This document shows, one piece after another, positions 38,885 to 52,345 of a stretch of 64,000 bases of DNA (the first letter of the stretch is position 1; every line of letters starts with the position of its first letter). The DNA lies in assembly GCF_030028105.1 (NCBI RefSeq), contig NC_092374.1, positions 19,722,630 through 19,786,629 of the forward strand, in the 5' to 3' direction. This DNA is from Mobula birostris (taxonomy: Eukaryota). The notes beneath the pieces are model-generated. The model did no database searches and was not told the DNA's origin. It worked only from the letters and a program-made list of their open reading frames with translations. The translations under genes and the position numbers were made by a program.

Positions 38885-39570
38885 GTAACCAATTGGGAAA
38901 GGAGCATAGAAGTTCGAGTACATATAGGAAGAGAATGAGATCTTATGGGTTGTTGGAGTGGTGTAACTTATAGTTGGTTTTCAGTAAAGTCTGTGAGGAA
39001 ATCTTAACATGAGAATTACTTGGTCAACAAGAAAGGGTCAGTGATGGTAAAAGAGGCTGGTTGGGTACTGAAGTTCTGGATGAGCAACCATTTGCTAGAA
39101 GAACTCAATGAGTTAAGTAGGATCTGTAGGAGGAGAGGAATTGTTAGCATGGCATTTCGGCCAGATGCCAGGTCTCAACCCAATATATCAACAAGTCCTC
39201 TCCTCCCACATATGCTACTCGACTCATTGAGTTCTTCCAGCAGGTTGTTTGTTGGTCCAGATTTCAGCATCTGCAGTCCCTTGTGTCTCCAAGTGTTGGA
39301 AGAGGGAAGGTTTAGTGAGAGTGGATGCTTGTATCCTGCAAAGGATGGTCAAGTTTTGATGGGCAGAATTTCAACAGCAAGTAACCTGATTTGGTATTGA
39401 GGGACTTCAAGTTGCAGCCGACAGCTTTTCGTGGGAGGACCTGAATCACAGTGCAGGATGAAAATGAGTGGCAGGCAGTGGAATACAATTGATAAGCTTC
39501 CAACTCCCACAATCATGAAACCTTTTCCAGGCTTATTTACTAAATAAATTCTTTGGATAGAAATTTATTG

Positions 39571-39787
39571 GCAGTACTGTGCAAAAGTCGTAGGCCCCCT
39601 TCCCACTCTCAGTCCACAAAAGAGACCCATATCAGAATCAGGTTTATCATCACTGACACATGTCATGAAATTTGTTTCTTTTACAACAGCAGCAGTGCAG
39701 TGTAATACATAAAATTACTACAGTACTGTGCAAAAGTCTTAGGCACCCTAGCTATACATAGGTGCCAAAGACTTCTACACGGTATTG
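39571..39787 (-). mobile_element. Internally deleted copy of MITE family B
   Basis: TIR joined directly to mid-body; intact hairpin at 39721-39787. Confidence 0.8.
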
Positions 39788-40315
39788 TATTTGTATCCAA
39801 ATAGAGCATTACATTTGCAAGATAAATTCTTCTCGCTGAAAGTTAATTCTATTGAAGTCAAAGAAAGATGAAATCCTACAATTTCTTTAATCTCTCTCTC
39901 AGTTATTGCTGTGCTTGTTGCTTCAGCACAGGGAATGACTTTACAGCATCCCACCCATCTAATCCCCCAGAGTAACATCCTCTCGTTTCAAAATCTTAGC
40001 TGGTCTTTGGCAACTCCTCCCAAACTCATTTACCTCTTCATCGGCACCTTTCCTTCCAATACTAGAATGATCCAGAAAGGTCCATTATGGTTATGAGACA
40101 ACAGGGGAAGCTTCAATGCTCATGTAAAGTCTGCAGTTAATCCCTTGAATATTTAGTATATATAGGCGAGTCCTTGGAGGTTTTTCCCCTTGATTAGAGT
40201 GAGACTAAAACTGGAAGGTCATAGGGTTAGAATGAACGCTGAAATATTTAAGGGGATTCCGAGGGGAACTTCTTAACACAGAGAGTGGTGAAAGTAAGGA
40301 GTAGATGCGTTCAGT

Positions 40316-41007
40316 TATACTTTATACTTTATACTTTATTGTCGCCAAACAATTGGTACTAGAACGTACAATCATCACAGCGATATTTGATTCTGCGCTT
40401 CCCACTCCCTGGATTACAAATATTAAATATTAAAAATAGTGAAAATAGTAAATATTAAAAATTTAAATTATAAATCATAAATAGAAAATAGAAAAATGGG
40501 AGGTAAGGTAGTGCAAAAAAAACCGAGAGGCAGGTCTGGATATTTGGAGGGTATGGCCCAGATCTGGGTCAGGATCTGGTCAACAGTCTTATCACAGTTG
40601 GAAAGAAGCTGTTCCCAAATCTGGCCATATGAGTCTTCAAGCTCCTGAGCCTTCTCCCAGAGGGAAGAGGGACGAAAAGTGTGTTGGCTGGGTGGGTCAT
40701 GTCCTTGATTATCCTGGCAGCACTGCTCCAACAGCGTGCGGTGTAAAGTGAGTCCACGGATGGAAGATTGGTTTGTGTGATGTGCTGCGCTGTGTTCATG
40801 ATCTTCTGCAGCTTCTTTCGGTCTTGGACAGGACAACTTCCATACCAGGTTGTGATGCACCCTAGAAGAATGCTTTCTACGGTGCATCTATAAAAATTAG
40901 TGAGAGTTTTAGGGGACAGGCCAAATTTCTTTAGTTATCTCAGGAAGTAAAGGCGCTGGTGGGCCTTCTTGGCAGTGAACTCTGGTTGGTTGGACCAAGT
41001 CAGGTCA
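40316..41007 (-). mobile_element. Rex/Babar-type LINE 3' fragment with (TATAAAG)n tail, inserted in a CR1
   Basis: IIKDMTHPANTLFVPLPSGRRLRSLKT...SFFPTVIRLL. Confidence 0.85.
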
Positions 41008-41361
41008 AGTCAATTGTAACATTTAAGGGAAGTTTGGATAAGAGAGGTATGAACATAGAACAGTAAGGCACGGTACAGGCCCTTTGGCCCACAACCTCCT
41101 CTAAAATCAATCTAACTCTTCCCTCCTACATAGCCCCCATTATTCTATCATCCAGGTGCCTATCTTATAGTTTCTTAAGTGCCCTTAATATACCTGCCTT
41201 TACATTATGGAGGGGTATGGTCAGAGTGCGGGTAGATGGAAGTAAGCAGAAGACCAGACTAGATGGGCAGAAAGGCTTGTTTCTGAACTGAGGTGTTCTA
41301 CCATTCTATGGTATCTCACTGATCAAACAACCCAAAGAACAGTCTCTGACAAAGAAAACTG

Positions 41362-41658
41362 GGCACCACGGTAGCATCATGGCGCGATGCTATTACAGCT
41401 CAGGACATTCCTGAGTTTGGAGTTCAAATCCGGCGCCGTTTCATAAGGAGTCCGAACCCGGTGGAATGTGTGGGTTTTCTCCAGGTGCTCTGGTTGCCTC
41501 CCACAGTCCAAAGATGTACTGGCTAGGTTAATTGCTCATTGTAAATTGTACCGTGATGAGATTAGGGTTAATTGGGGTTGTTGGGTTGCTGGGGCAGTAT
41601 GGCTCAAAGGGCCAGAAGGGTCCACTCCACGCTGTATTGCTAATAAATGAATAAATAA
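41362..41658 (+). mobile_element. tRNA-derived V-type SINE
   Basis: ggcaccacggtagc...gagttcaaatcc...gggttttctccaggtgctctggttgcctcccacagtccaaaga; AATAA-type tail. Confidence 0.75.
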
Positions 41659-42257
41659 ACACAGAAACCCTACTACAGCAAAAATAAATCCACAAAGTGG
41701 GATCAATAAGATTCCAATCTTGTTTGAATGTTTGTTGGTTCCAAATCATGTTTTCTATTTTCCAGCTGGTGTGCTGCTGCCTGATGTTCAATTGCTGTTC
41801 ATCGATTAAATACAACTATATATTTCTTCCAACGATATTTGCTGTTTTGCTCTGTCTATAACTCAGGGACTATTCTGAGTGCTCATCGCCTCCTTAGAGA
41901 GTACAGTGGCTCTCCTGATTTCTCGGTACCCTATGGTGATACAGTCTGTGACGGGCCCTTGTCACATTCCATATGCCACCCTGCATCTTCTCAATAAAAC
42001 ATATGCCGTTAAATGAGGGGCCAAACACCAGTGATTTGCCCAGTGTAATCTTTGAATCTGGCAGAAGGTGCCACAAACTAAGAGGACAGGTGGTTTCATC
42101 TCACGTTATTGACAATGCTTCTGTCAAATGGAAATGAGTTCATAAGTGGGGAATAGATGACATAACAACTGATTTTTCTGTAGCACACAGATTATAATTT
42201 GTGCCTTACTGGTAGCACAAAACAAGTTACATAATTGTGCATTTACTTAAATCTAAA

Positions 42258-42780
42258 AGACCATAAGATATAGAAGCAGAATTAAGCTAATCAGCCCATC
42301 AAGTCTGCTCTGCCATTCAATTAGGTCTGATTTATCTACCCTCAACCCCACTCTCCTACCTTCTTCCTGTAATATTTGATGTTCCTACCTATCAAGAACA
42401 TATCAAACTTTGCTTTAAATATACCCAATGATTTGGCCTCCACAGCCATCCCAGGTAATGAATTCCAGAGATTCACCACATCCTTGAGAAAGGAGTTCCT
42501 CTCATCTCTGTTCTCAAGGGATGTCCTTGTACTCTGAGGCAAAGGCCTCAGTTCCTTAGCTCTCGCACTACTGGAAACCTCCTCTCCACATTAACTCTAT
42601 CTAGGCCTTTCAATACTCAATAGGTTTTAATGAGATTCCCCGCCTCATTCTTTCAAACTCCGGTGAATACGGGCCGAGCCATCAAATGCTCCTTATTCAT
42701 TAACCTTTTCATTCCCAGCATTATTATTTGGTAACCTTCCTCCAATGCCAGCACATCCTTTCTTAGAGATGGGGCCTAAA
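42258..42780 (-). mobile_element. CR1 LINE 3' fragment
   Basis: VVNLWNSLPGMAVEAKSLGIFK. Confidence 0.85.
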
Positions 42781-44297
42781 GCTCAATTCAATGGATATCA
42801 AAAGCAGAGTTAATCTGGCTGATGACACTACGTAACACTTTCAACATGATCAACTGGGATGAATTCTTCTGGGATGAAGTCCCTTTAAAACTGCATCAGA
42901 GCAGGACTCCTTTCTCACTGGAAATTGGTAGTCTGCCACCAGGATGAATGGTACTTTGTGGGCAGTTTGTTTACATCAGTCATGACTCAGATGGAAGGCA
43001 GGAATATTTTGAACAATACCACTGCAAAGTGGGAAAATTTGGGGTTGGGAACAGAACAATGGCTGATGTGTACGGCCAGTACTGACGTCAGGTCCCCAAT
43101 GCTTCGTGTTTACATCCTGGAAAAAAGCCTTGTGTTTGTATCTGTGCTGCTGAGACGGGTGCACCAATGTGACAAACAACAAAGGCAAGAAACAAGAAAC
43201 GTTTCAATGCCCCTTTTGTAAGTTCTGAGTGAGTAACAGGAACTGGGAGAATGGCTGGCATCTTCAGAGAGTCTATCATTAGCCCAGATGTCGCAGCACT
43301 TCACAGCCAATTATGTACTTCTTTCTTGTGTAATCACTCTTGTAGGGAAGGAAACGGGGCATATGATTTTCATGAAGCACAGAGAAGGCAGCAAACGGGG
43401 TGCTCAGGAAGGTGGCATCTATCATTAAAGACCCTCTCTATCTGGGAGTAACACATACAAAATGCTGGACAGTTCAGGCAGCATATATGGAAAGGAATAA
43501 ACAGTTGATGTTTTGGATTGAGATCTTTCATCAGGACTGGTAAGGAAATGGGAAGCCTGGACATGCCCTCTTCTCATTACTACCATCAGGGACGAGGTGC
43601 AGGAGCCTGACGATGCACACTCAGCTTTTAGGAACAGCTTCTTCCCCTCCACCATCAGATCTCTGAACAGTCCATGAACCCAGGAACACTTCCACACTAT
43701 GTGTTTAGTTTGTTCTATTTTTTATATAGTGCACTGTCCTGCTGCTGAAAAACACCAAATTTCATGACGTGTCAATGATAATAAAGCTGATTCTGATTTT
43801 GGTTCAATTAATCCCTGCCAGTGTTTGTACTATTTGAAGATATTTCTTTCTTCCCCTTTTAGGCCATCTTTGCTTGTCACCTTAACTGTTATCTGCATGA
43901 ATGAATTCCACTTTATAACTATTCTCTAGGTTACAAAATTTTCTCTGAATTTGTGCCCATATCAACATCCTGCAAATGAGTGAAAGATAAATGAAAGAGG
44001 CTGGTAAACTGTTTAATAGTGATGCTCTTTCATGTTTTATTGGCCAGGATCTTGTTCTGCTGCTCTCCTTTGAAATAGTGCCCTACTAAATCATACATTT
44101 ACTGAGAAGATGCATTGGGTGTTAACATCTTTGCCCAAAAGACTACAATTCTAACTACACCAGGGATCTCAACTTGGATTATGTGATCATATCGCTGTAT
44201 AAAACCTCTGTAAGCATATGTTTAATAAAAATGAGAGATCTTTTGCATCAGGGTGCATAAGTTTAGAAGCATACATGCAAAACTAAAGCAAACACAT

Positions 44298-44715
44298 TAA
44301 GAGGTAGAATAGAGTGTGAGAGTAGAGAAGAGAGGGAGAAGGAAGAAAGAAAGGATGATATACAGAGAGGAAGAGAGAGTCAGAAGAGGAGAGAGAGGGA
44401 GGGGGAGGAGAGAGATAGAGATGAACAGGAGGAGAGAAAGAGACAGAGAGAGGGAGAGAGAAAGAGAGGAGCTGGGGAGAGACGGACAGAGAGGAGGAGG
44501 AGAGAGAGACAGAGAGAAGGAGGAGGAGGAGGAGGAAGAGGAGGGAGAGAGAGAAAGAGAGAGAGGAGAAAGAGGGAGGCGAGGGAGGGGAATAGAGAGA
44601 GAGGGTAAAGAGGGAGGAGTAGAGAGAAGGCGGTGAGTAGAGAGGGCAGAGCAGAAAGAGGAAACAGGGAGAGAGAGAGCGGGCAAGGCAGCAAGGAAAG
44701 AGAGAGAAAAGAGAT
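44298..44715. repeat. Long GA-rich low-complexity tract
   Basis: ~400 nt almost entirely A/G on the plus strand. Confidence 0.95.
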
Positions 44716-45749
44716 ACAGTGCAGGCCTTTCAGCCCTCTAAATCCATGCTGATCACTTACCCATTTGCATTAATCCTACAGTAATCCCATTTTTAAAAGA
44801 TTCCTTCATACTCATCAACTCCGCCCAGATGACATCACTTTACTTATACACCAGAGGCAAGTTACAGTGGCCAATTACCCCACCAGCCCGCGTGTCTTTA
44901 GGAAATCTGAGAAAACTGGACTTGCAGGAAATAAAGGGAGAATGTCCAAACTCCACTAAGACAGCAGTGGAGCTCAAAGCTGGACCCGGTTCACTGGCAC
45001 TGTAAGACAGTAGCTCTAGTTAGCTATGCTACTTTGCCACCTAATGATCACCCGTTGAGATCTATAGGCGGACCACTTTAAGCTCAACGTGATTGCGGGA
45101 CGAAGGATATCCAGAGTCTGCGCCTCTTGAGCTCAGTTCATTGGTCGGCAACGTGAATGAGTAACGAGTGACGTGCACTGATGTCTGGCTGTCGGAGGTT
45201 GGTGGGTCCTGAGAATAGATACAGGCAGGAGGTACAGGGAGACACAAGGACCAGTCAGTTAGCACACCCAGGGGTCGATACCAAAGATCAGAGCCCAATG
45301 GTTAATTGAAAGCCCAATGAGTCAAAGCCTGGAGACTGGATTCTGCAAGTGTGCCCTGGAGTTGGAGGGATGTCCATGTGTATGGAAAGAGAAGAAAAGG
45401 GCTTGTGTTGCTGTGGTTGTCCTGTTGTCTGTTGTTGTGCTAAGCATCATGGGCATGCTAAGTTGGTGACGGGTTAGAGGCAATGCTTGCGTGTTGTTTG
45501 TTCATGCAAACAATGCATTTCACTGCATGTTTCGATATAAATAAATAATCAGAAATCTACAAATGTGCTTAAATATCAATAACAGGAAATGTTGCATTGA
45601 AAGATCACATTTGATTCCTTCCACAGGCACATGAGGAGACTTTCTAGCCCCTCAATCATGCACCACCTTTCATTTAAACTATGTCAGATGTGAACTTCAG
45701 TTTGATTTTCCCTTGATGTCCATGGCTAATAAATGTTGATTTATCCTGA

Positions 45750-46520
45750 ACTACACACACAAAACACTGGAAGAGCTCAAAAAAAATCAGTTGACATCTA
45801 GAGAAATGAAATAGAAACAGCCGATGTTACGTGCCAAAAGCCTTCTTCAGGGCTGTAAAGGAAGGGGAAAGATACCAGTATAAGAAGATGGGGGGCAGGG
45901 GAAGGACAAGCTAGAAGCTGACAGGTGAAGCCAGCGGGTGAGGGAGGGGGAAATTAAGTAAGAAGGTGGGACGTGATAGGTGGAAAAGGTAGAGGGCTGG
46001 AGAAGAAGGAATCTGATAGGAAAGGAGAGTGGGCCATGGGAGAAAGGGAAGAAGGAGGGGCAGCATGGGGAAGGTGAAAGGCAGGGAAAGAGAAGAGGCA
46101 AGAAGCCTAAGTGGGGAATTAAGGAAGAAGAAAGGTGAAAAAAATTACCGGAAGTTGGAGAAATCGATGTTCATGCCATCAGGTTGGAGGCTAGCAGGAC
46201 AGAATGTAAGCTGTTGTTCCTCCAACATAAGAATGGCCTCATCATGGCAGAAGAGGAACCCATGGATCAACATATAAAATGGGAATGAGGATAGCAATTA
46301 AAATGATTGTCCACTGGGAAATCCCACATCTCACCTGGAAGGACTTTTTGGGGCCCTGAATGGAGGTAAGGGAGGAGGTGAATGGGCAGGTATAGCACTT
46401 TTGACTCTTGCAGGGATAAGTGCCAAGAGGGAGATTAGTGGGGATGAATGAATGGACAAGTGATTCACATCTTTACCTCCCTCCCACTCTTCACTTTCTG
46501 CAGCGATCACTCCTCCTAAT
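45750..46520 (-). mobile_element. PLE 3' fragment, with a short inverted piece at ~46465-46515
   Basis: aaatcgatgttcatgccatcaggttggaggct; terminus at 45750-45855. Confidence 0.75.
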
Positions 46521-46686
46521 TCCCTTGATTGATAAGGTGTTGAAAGCAGAAACTCAAGACCAATTATGGCACATGTATCAACAGTCAAAAAGTTCAGTTG
46601 ATTTATAAAATGTATCAGAGATTTACTCTAATATCTAGGAAATGGGAGATTAGAGTTCAAGAAACTGTCTACCCATCTGAGAATAT

Positions 46687-47215
46687 ACACTCAATGCCCA
46701 CTTTATTAGGTACACCTGTATACCTGTGCATTAATGCAAATATATAATCAGTAATCATGTGGCAGCAACACAAAGCATAAAAGCATGTAGACATGGTCAA
46801 GAGGTTCAGGTGTTATTCACCAAACATCAGAATAGAGAAGAAATGTAACTGTCACTGTGGAATGATTGTTGTTGCCAAATGGGGTGGTTTGCGTATTTCA
46901 GAAACTGCTGATCTCCTGGGATCTTCAACAGTCTCTAGAGCTTACAGAGAATCGTGCAAGAAAACAAAGACCATCCCGTGAGTGGCAGTCCTGTGGGCAA
47001 AAATGCCTTATTAATGAGAGAGGTCAAAGGAGAGCGGCCTGACTTCCTCAAACTGACAGGAAGGCGACAGTAACGCAAACAACCGTGCATTACAACAGTG
47101 GTGTGCAGAACAGGACCTCTGAATCCACAACACGTCAAACTTTGAAGTGGATTTCCTACAGAAGAGGAAATCAGTGGCCATTTTATTATGTATCTAATAA
47201 ATTGCCCACTGAGTG
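46687..47215 (+). mobile_element. Tc1 derivative family A
   Basis: TIRs; GMIVVAKWGGLRISETADLLG. Confidence 0.85.
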
Positions 47216-47810
47216 CAGCTCATTATTCACCATCTATGTTTGTCTTTCTTTAAGGATCAGACACCTCTTTCAGTCCACCTGCTCCTCAAACATTCAAGCT
47301 TAACTCATCAGTCCAGACCCAACCACCCCAGTGCTCTCACAGGCGTATTCAAGTGTCCCCTGCACTTTAATTCATCCAAAACCCTAGTGCTCAGATCATC
47401 TCATTTACAAGGGCCCAATCACTCTTCCTTTATGCCACAAATAACAAAATAAAAAAATTACATATTAAGGGAACTAAGGGTTATGGGGGAAAGGCAGTTG
47501 GGTGGAGATGAATCAAGGTCAGATCAGCCATGATCTTATTGAATGGCGGAGCAGGCTCGACCAGCCAAATGACCTACTCCTGCTCCTGTTTCTTATGTTC
47601 TCATGTTCAATCTCCTATTTATTGTAAGATCTCTTCACAACTTCAAGGGGGGGGAGTGGGAGGGGCAAGGGTTGATGCTTTTGCTGCTGCTTATGCATGG
47701 GAGAGGGAGGAGGGCCTTTGGCATTCTAACATTCCTGTCATTCATTCTTTGAGGTTTTTTTCTGTTTCGTGGATGTCAGCGAAGAGCAAGAATTTCAGGT
47801 TGTATACTGT

Positions 47811-48120
47811 GTTGGCGCATGGCCAAGTGGTTAAGGCATTCGTCTAGTGATCTGAAGGTTGCTAGTTCGAGCCTTGGCCAAGGCAGCGTATTGTGTCCTT
47901 GAGCAAGGCACTTAACCACACATTGCACTGTGACAACACCGGTGCCAAGCTGCATGGGTCCTAATGCCCTTCCCTTGGACAACATTGGTGTTGTGGAGAG
48001 GGGAGACTTGCAGCATGGGCTACTGCCGGTCTTCCATACAACCTTGCCCAGGCCTACGCAGTGGAAACCTTCTATGGTCTCACGAGACTAACGGATGCCT
48101 ATTATTATTATTATTATTAT
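47811..48120 (+). mobile_element. tRNA-derived CORE-type SINE with (TAT)n tail and 8-bp TSD
   Basis: A box tggccaagtggt, B box agttcgagcc, CORE-like gtgtccttgagcaaggcacttaacc; TSD tatactgt at 47803-47810 and 48121-48128. Confidence 0.85.
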
Positions 48121-48985
48121 TATACTGTATACATTCTCTGACATTAAATTAAACCATTTGAACACCATACTCTCCTCCAGCCCAATCCCTTTCATCCTTT
48201 TCTCCTCTGCACTTAGATCCTCTTTATTTCTTACCCTCCACATCTCCATTCTTCTCCACCTCTCTTCCCCAGCCCAGCCCTTTAGTTCACCATTGAGATA
48301 TGTCCTTTCAGATCATCGATTCCTTCCCTCAGATCCTTGCCTCCATCTCCATCCTCCATCCTCAATTTCAATACCATATTCCCGCTCTTTTCCACTTCCC
48401 CCTTCCCATTTGTGTCTAGAAATCCATCTGTTTCCTTGCGAACTAAGTGACTTGCCCTCTACCACTTGATAAGGAAGAGATGTCCTTAGGTTCACTACCT
48501 TCGAAAGAAATAGTACATCTTCTATAAATCCCTTTATACTGTATATCCCAATTAGGAGAGTACTCCTACTTATTGCTTCCACTGTCCTTCAGTGCCTGCA
48601 TCTGGCTCTATCCCTGTAACCTACTTATGAATGTCATTCACTACTAAAATTGCATTACAAACATAATTTGTTTTTATTAGTATTACCTTATTTCATTGAT
48701 GTCTATTTAATTGCTTTTTCACAATATACTTGTTTCAATTAGATAGAAAAAAAAAGGACAGCATAGTTTAGAAGCACTACGCTATGGTGAAGTTATATTA
48801 GCTACTGATTAAAGTACGTTTCATATCTAACTGGGTCCCATCTTATAATAGAGAGTGGAATCACGATTTTCTTGTCTGTTGTGAATGCAGTGATCAGAGT
48901 TGGTCGTAAATGTTTACAGTATTTTCTTCTTCCTTCTTGATGAAGCCTCTGTGTTTTGTCTTCATTTTAACTGTGTATCCATTTT

Positions 48986-49445
48986 TAGATTAGATTAGGT
49001 TCAACTTTATTGTCATTGTGCCCAGTACAGATACAAAGCCAATGAAATGTAGTTAGCATCTAACCAGAAATGCAAAGAATAGTGTTATTTACAAAATAGC
49101 TGCGAATAAAAAGTAAGTGCTACAGCATACAAATATCAAAGCACTGAGACAGTACAATATGGGTGCAATACTGCTTAGCATTGTGATGTGAGGTTCAGCA
49201 GGGTCACAGCCTCAGGGAAGAAGCTCTTCCTGTGCCTGCTGGTGCAGGAGCGGAGGCTCCTGTAGCGCCTACCGGATGGGAGGAGAGTAAAAAGTCCATG
49301 TTTAGGGTAAGGTGCATCCTTGATAATGCTTTTCACCCTGCCCAGGCAGCATTTATGGTAGACGTTCTCAATGGTGGACAATTGGGTGCCGATAATCCGC
49401 TGGGCAGTTTTCAGCACACGCTGGAGTGCTTTGCGGTCCGATACA
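48986..49445 (-). mobile_element. Rex1/Babar 3' fragment, same family as 16262-18041
   Basis: SDRKALQRVLKTAQRIIG...SFFPEAVTLLNLTSQ; (TCTAA)n tail. Confidence 0.9.
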
Positions 49446-49651
49446 GGACAAAGCACTTTCCATACCCTTCTAAGTAAAAGATACTTAGAGAAGGTACAGG
49501 GATAGGAATGGATTTAATCGATATGGGCCAAACACTGGCAAATGGGATGAGCTCAGATGGGAATCTTGCTAAGCTCAGACCCAGTTGGGCTGGTGGGCCT
49601 CTTTCTGGGCTGTATGATTCCATAACAAAGAATTCATGTAGATTAGACCAA

Positions 49652-50160
49652 AATCAAAGTTCAAAGTAAATTTTATTATCAAAGTACATGTTTGTCACCA
49701 TACACAGCCCTGAGATTCATTTTCATGTGGGCATACTCAGTAAATCTATAGAAAAAAGCCATAACAGAATCAATGAAAGACCGCCCAACTAGGGTGTTCA
49801 ACCACAGTGCAGAAGACAAAAAATGTGCAAATACAAACAGATGTAATAATAATAAATAAATAAACAATAAATATCAAGAACATGAGATGAAGACTCCTTG
49901 AAACTGAGTCCATTGGCTGTGGAAAAACTTCAATGATGGGACAAGTGAAGTTGAGCGTGTTTGTCCCCTTTGGTTCAAGAGCCTGAAGGTTGAGTGGTAA
50001 TAACTGTTCCTGAACCTGGTGGTGTGAGTCCTGAGGCTCTTGTATCTCCTTGCTGATGGCAGCAGTGAGAAGAGTGCATCTCCTGGGTGGTGGGGCTTCC
50101 CTGATGATGGATGGTGCTTTCCTTTGTGACACTGTTTCATGTAGATGTGCTCAATGCTCA
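49652..50160 (-). mobile_element. Rex/Babar-type LINE 3' fragment
   Basis: LFSLLPSARRYKSLRTHTTRFRNSYY; TTTGAAC-type tail. Confidence 0.8.
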
Positions 50161-50583
50161 ACAGAAATCTTCCATGCAACATTATATAGATCTTACATCA
50201 TAGGAATAAGCCAATTACAGTACTCTATTTTAATATTTCTGTTCTACACGGCATCATATTATCAAATCTGTGTGATAGCTGATGAACTGTGACAGAAGAC
50301 TGTAAATATAGGAAGATGACAAGAGTACTTCAGTAATGCAGGACAGGGAGAAGGCAACAGTGAGACAAACTAAAAGAGACAGCTGGGTGTAACGAAAGGG
50401 AGTAATAAGAATAGGCACTGAAAGGAAAGATAAACATACAGAGAACAAGCAGCAAGATGAAATGAATGGTCATTTTGGTACCATTAAATGGAATTAATTA
50501 TACATAACTATTTTTGAGAGGTATGGCAACGTAATGGTTAAGTTTCTTGACTATAGGTCAGAACTTTGACCATTGATCACGAG

Positions 50584-50877
50584 CAGAGGATCCCAATCTA
50601 GGGTCCATGGACTCCTCAGTTAATGACAGGAGTCCATGGCATAAAAAGATTGGGTACTCTGACCTAGAGGCAGATCGGGAATTTACGTTCAAATAAATTA
50701 TTAAAATCTTTAATAAAAAGTGAGCCTCAGGAGCAGTGGCCATGAAATTACCAGATTCTCTAACAATTTACCAGTGAGGGAAATGTCCCTTCCCAAGTAG
50801 GGGCTCCCAATCTGGGGTCCACAGACCCCTTGGTTAATGGTAGGGGTTCATGGCATAAAAAACATCGGGAACCCTTG
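50584..50877. mobile_element. Two ~80-bp hAT-like MITE copies (50584-50660, 50798-50877)
   Basis: Similar to 61338-61418. Confidence 0.6.
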
Positions 50878-51217
50878 TTCCCAGGTCTGCAGATCATGTG
50901 GTCAACTCTTAACTGCTCACTTATGTTAGCTACCAAGCCACATACATCCGGGACTGAATGATCCTGTCATACTCGCCACCAAGAAAGTAACATATTGACT
51001 CCCGTGTAATAATAAAAGAGAGAGACAAGAAAAGCACAATAATAACAAATATGTGGGCTTCAGAGAGAAGCAAGAAATATGGAGGGAAATGGGGAGGGAA
51101 GGATTAGATTGTAGAGTAAGTTAAAAGATCAGCGCAACATCATTTGTCGAAGGGCCTGCGTGGTGCTGTAGTGTTCTGTTCTATGTTCTAGAAGTAAACA
51201 CAGGTCAAGGATGTCAT

Positions 51218-51675
51218 AAACACAAAAGGTTCTCCAGATAATAGAAAACTAGAGCCATAGACAGAAAATACTGGGAGATCTCAGCAGGTCATTCAGCATC
51301 TATGGAGAGCAATAAACAGTCGACATTTCAGGCCTTGACCCATCATCAGGACTGGAAAGGAAGGGGAAAGAATCCAGAACAGGAAGGTGGGTGTGTGGGG
51401 GACAGGGGGTAGGAAGTGAGAAGCTGGGAAGGAATAGCTGAAGGTGGTAAACGTCTGAAGGAGGAGGAATTTGATTGGAGAGGAGAGTGGCCTACGAGAG
51501 AAAGGGAAGGAGGAGGGTCACCAGAAGGAGATAATGGAGATGTGAGGAAAAGAGAAGGGGATAAAAGAGAATAGAGAAGGGTGTAAAAGGGGAATCAGAA
51601 TGGGGATTGGAAAAAGAGTGAAGGAGAAGAGTGGAGAAATTACTGGATATAAAATCATGGATTTTAAATTGCCCA
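51218..51675 (-). mobile_element. PLE 3' fragment
   Basis: Terminal repeat plus purine-rich body on the plus strand. Confidence 0.8.
51317..51354 (-). ncRNA. Minimal type I hammerhead ribozyme motif, best-preserved copy
   Basis: Minus strand: cagtc CTGATGA tgggtcaaggcct GAAA tGTC gactg; stem I cagtc/gactg is perfect; GUC triplet. Confidence 0.65.
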
Positions 51676-51897
51676 GAACAGATGTTCTAGAAGACCCCAG
51701 TTCCAAACACTCTAAACATGATTCTCCATTAAGATTCTTTCCATGTTAGATAAACTTCTCCAAATACCTAAATGTATCTTGCATAGAAGGCATTCCAGAA
51801 ACATGTATCAATGAGTCCCTTGCAAACTCAGCTGAACTCATGCATTACCTGAACTTAAAGTACAGCGGATAACCACACCCTCAATTAGCCACTCTAA

Positions 51898-52345
51898 CAA
51901 CAAACAAGAGAAAATCTGCAGATGCTGAAAATCCGAGCAACACACACAATGTTGGAGGAACTCAGCAGGCCAGGCAGCATCAAAAAAAAAAGAGTACAGT
52001 CCACATTTCAGGCCAAACTCCTTCGGCAGGACTGGAGAGAAAAAGCTGAGGAGTAGATTTAAAAGGTGAAAGGAGGGGAGAGAGAAACACCAGATGATAG
52101 GTGAAACCTGAAGGGGAGGGATGAAGTAAAGAGCTGGGAATTTGATTGCTGAAAGAAACAGAAGGCCATGAAAGAAAGAAAAGGGGGTGGAGCACCAGAG
52201 GGAGGTGATGGGTGGGCAAGGAGATAAGATGAGAGAGGGAAAAGGGGATGGGGGGGTGGTTGGTGGGCATTACTGGAAGTTTGAGAAATTGATATTCATG
52301 CCATCAGGTTGGAGGCTACCCAAACAGAATATAAGTTGTTCCTTC
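51898..52345 (-). mobile_element. PLE 3' fragment
   Basis: LKEQLIFCLGSLQPDGMNINFSNFQ plus terminus. Confidence 0.85.

Noticed and set aside
44297-44694. Glu/Arg-rich and Leu/Ser-rich ORFs
   Set aside because: Translations of a GA low-complexity tract.
47812-47885. tRNA gene
   Set aside because: The tRNA-like head runs into a CORE domain, a tail and a TSD, so it is a SINE.
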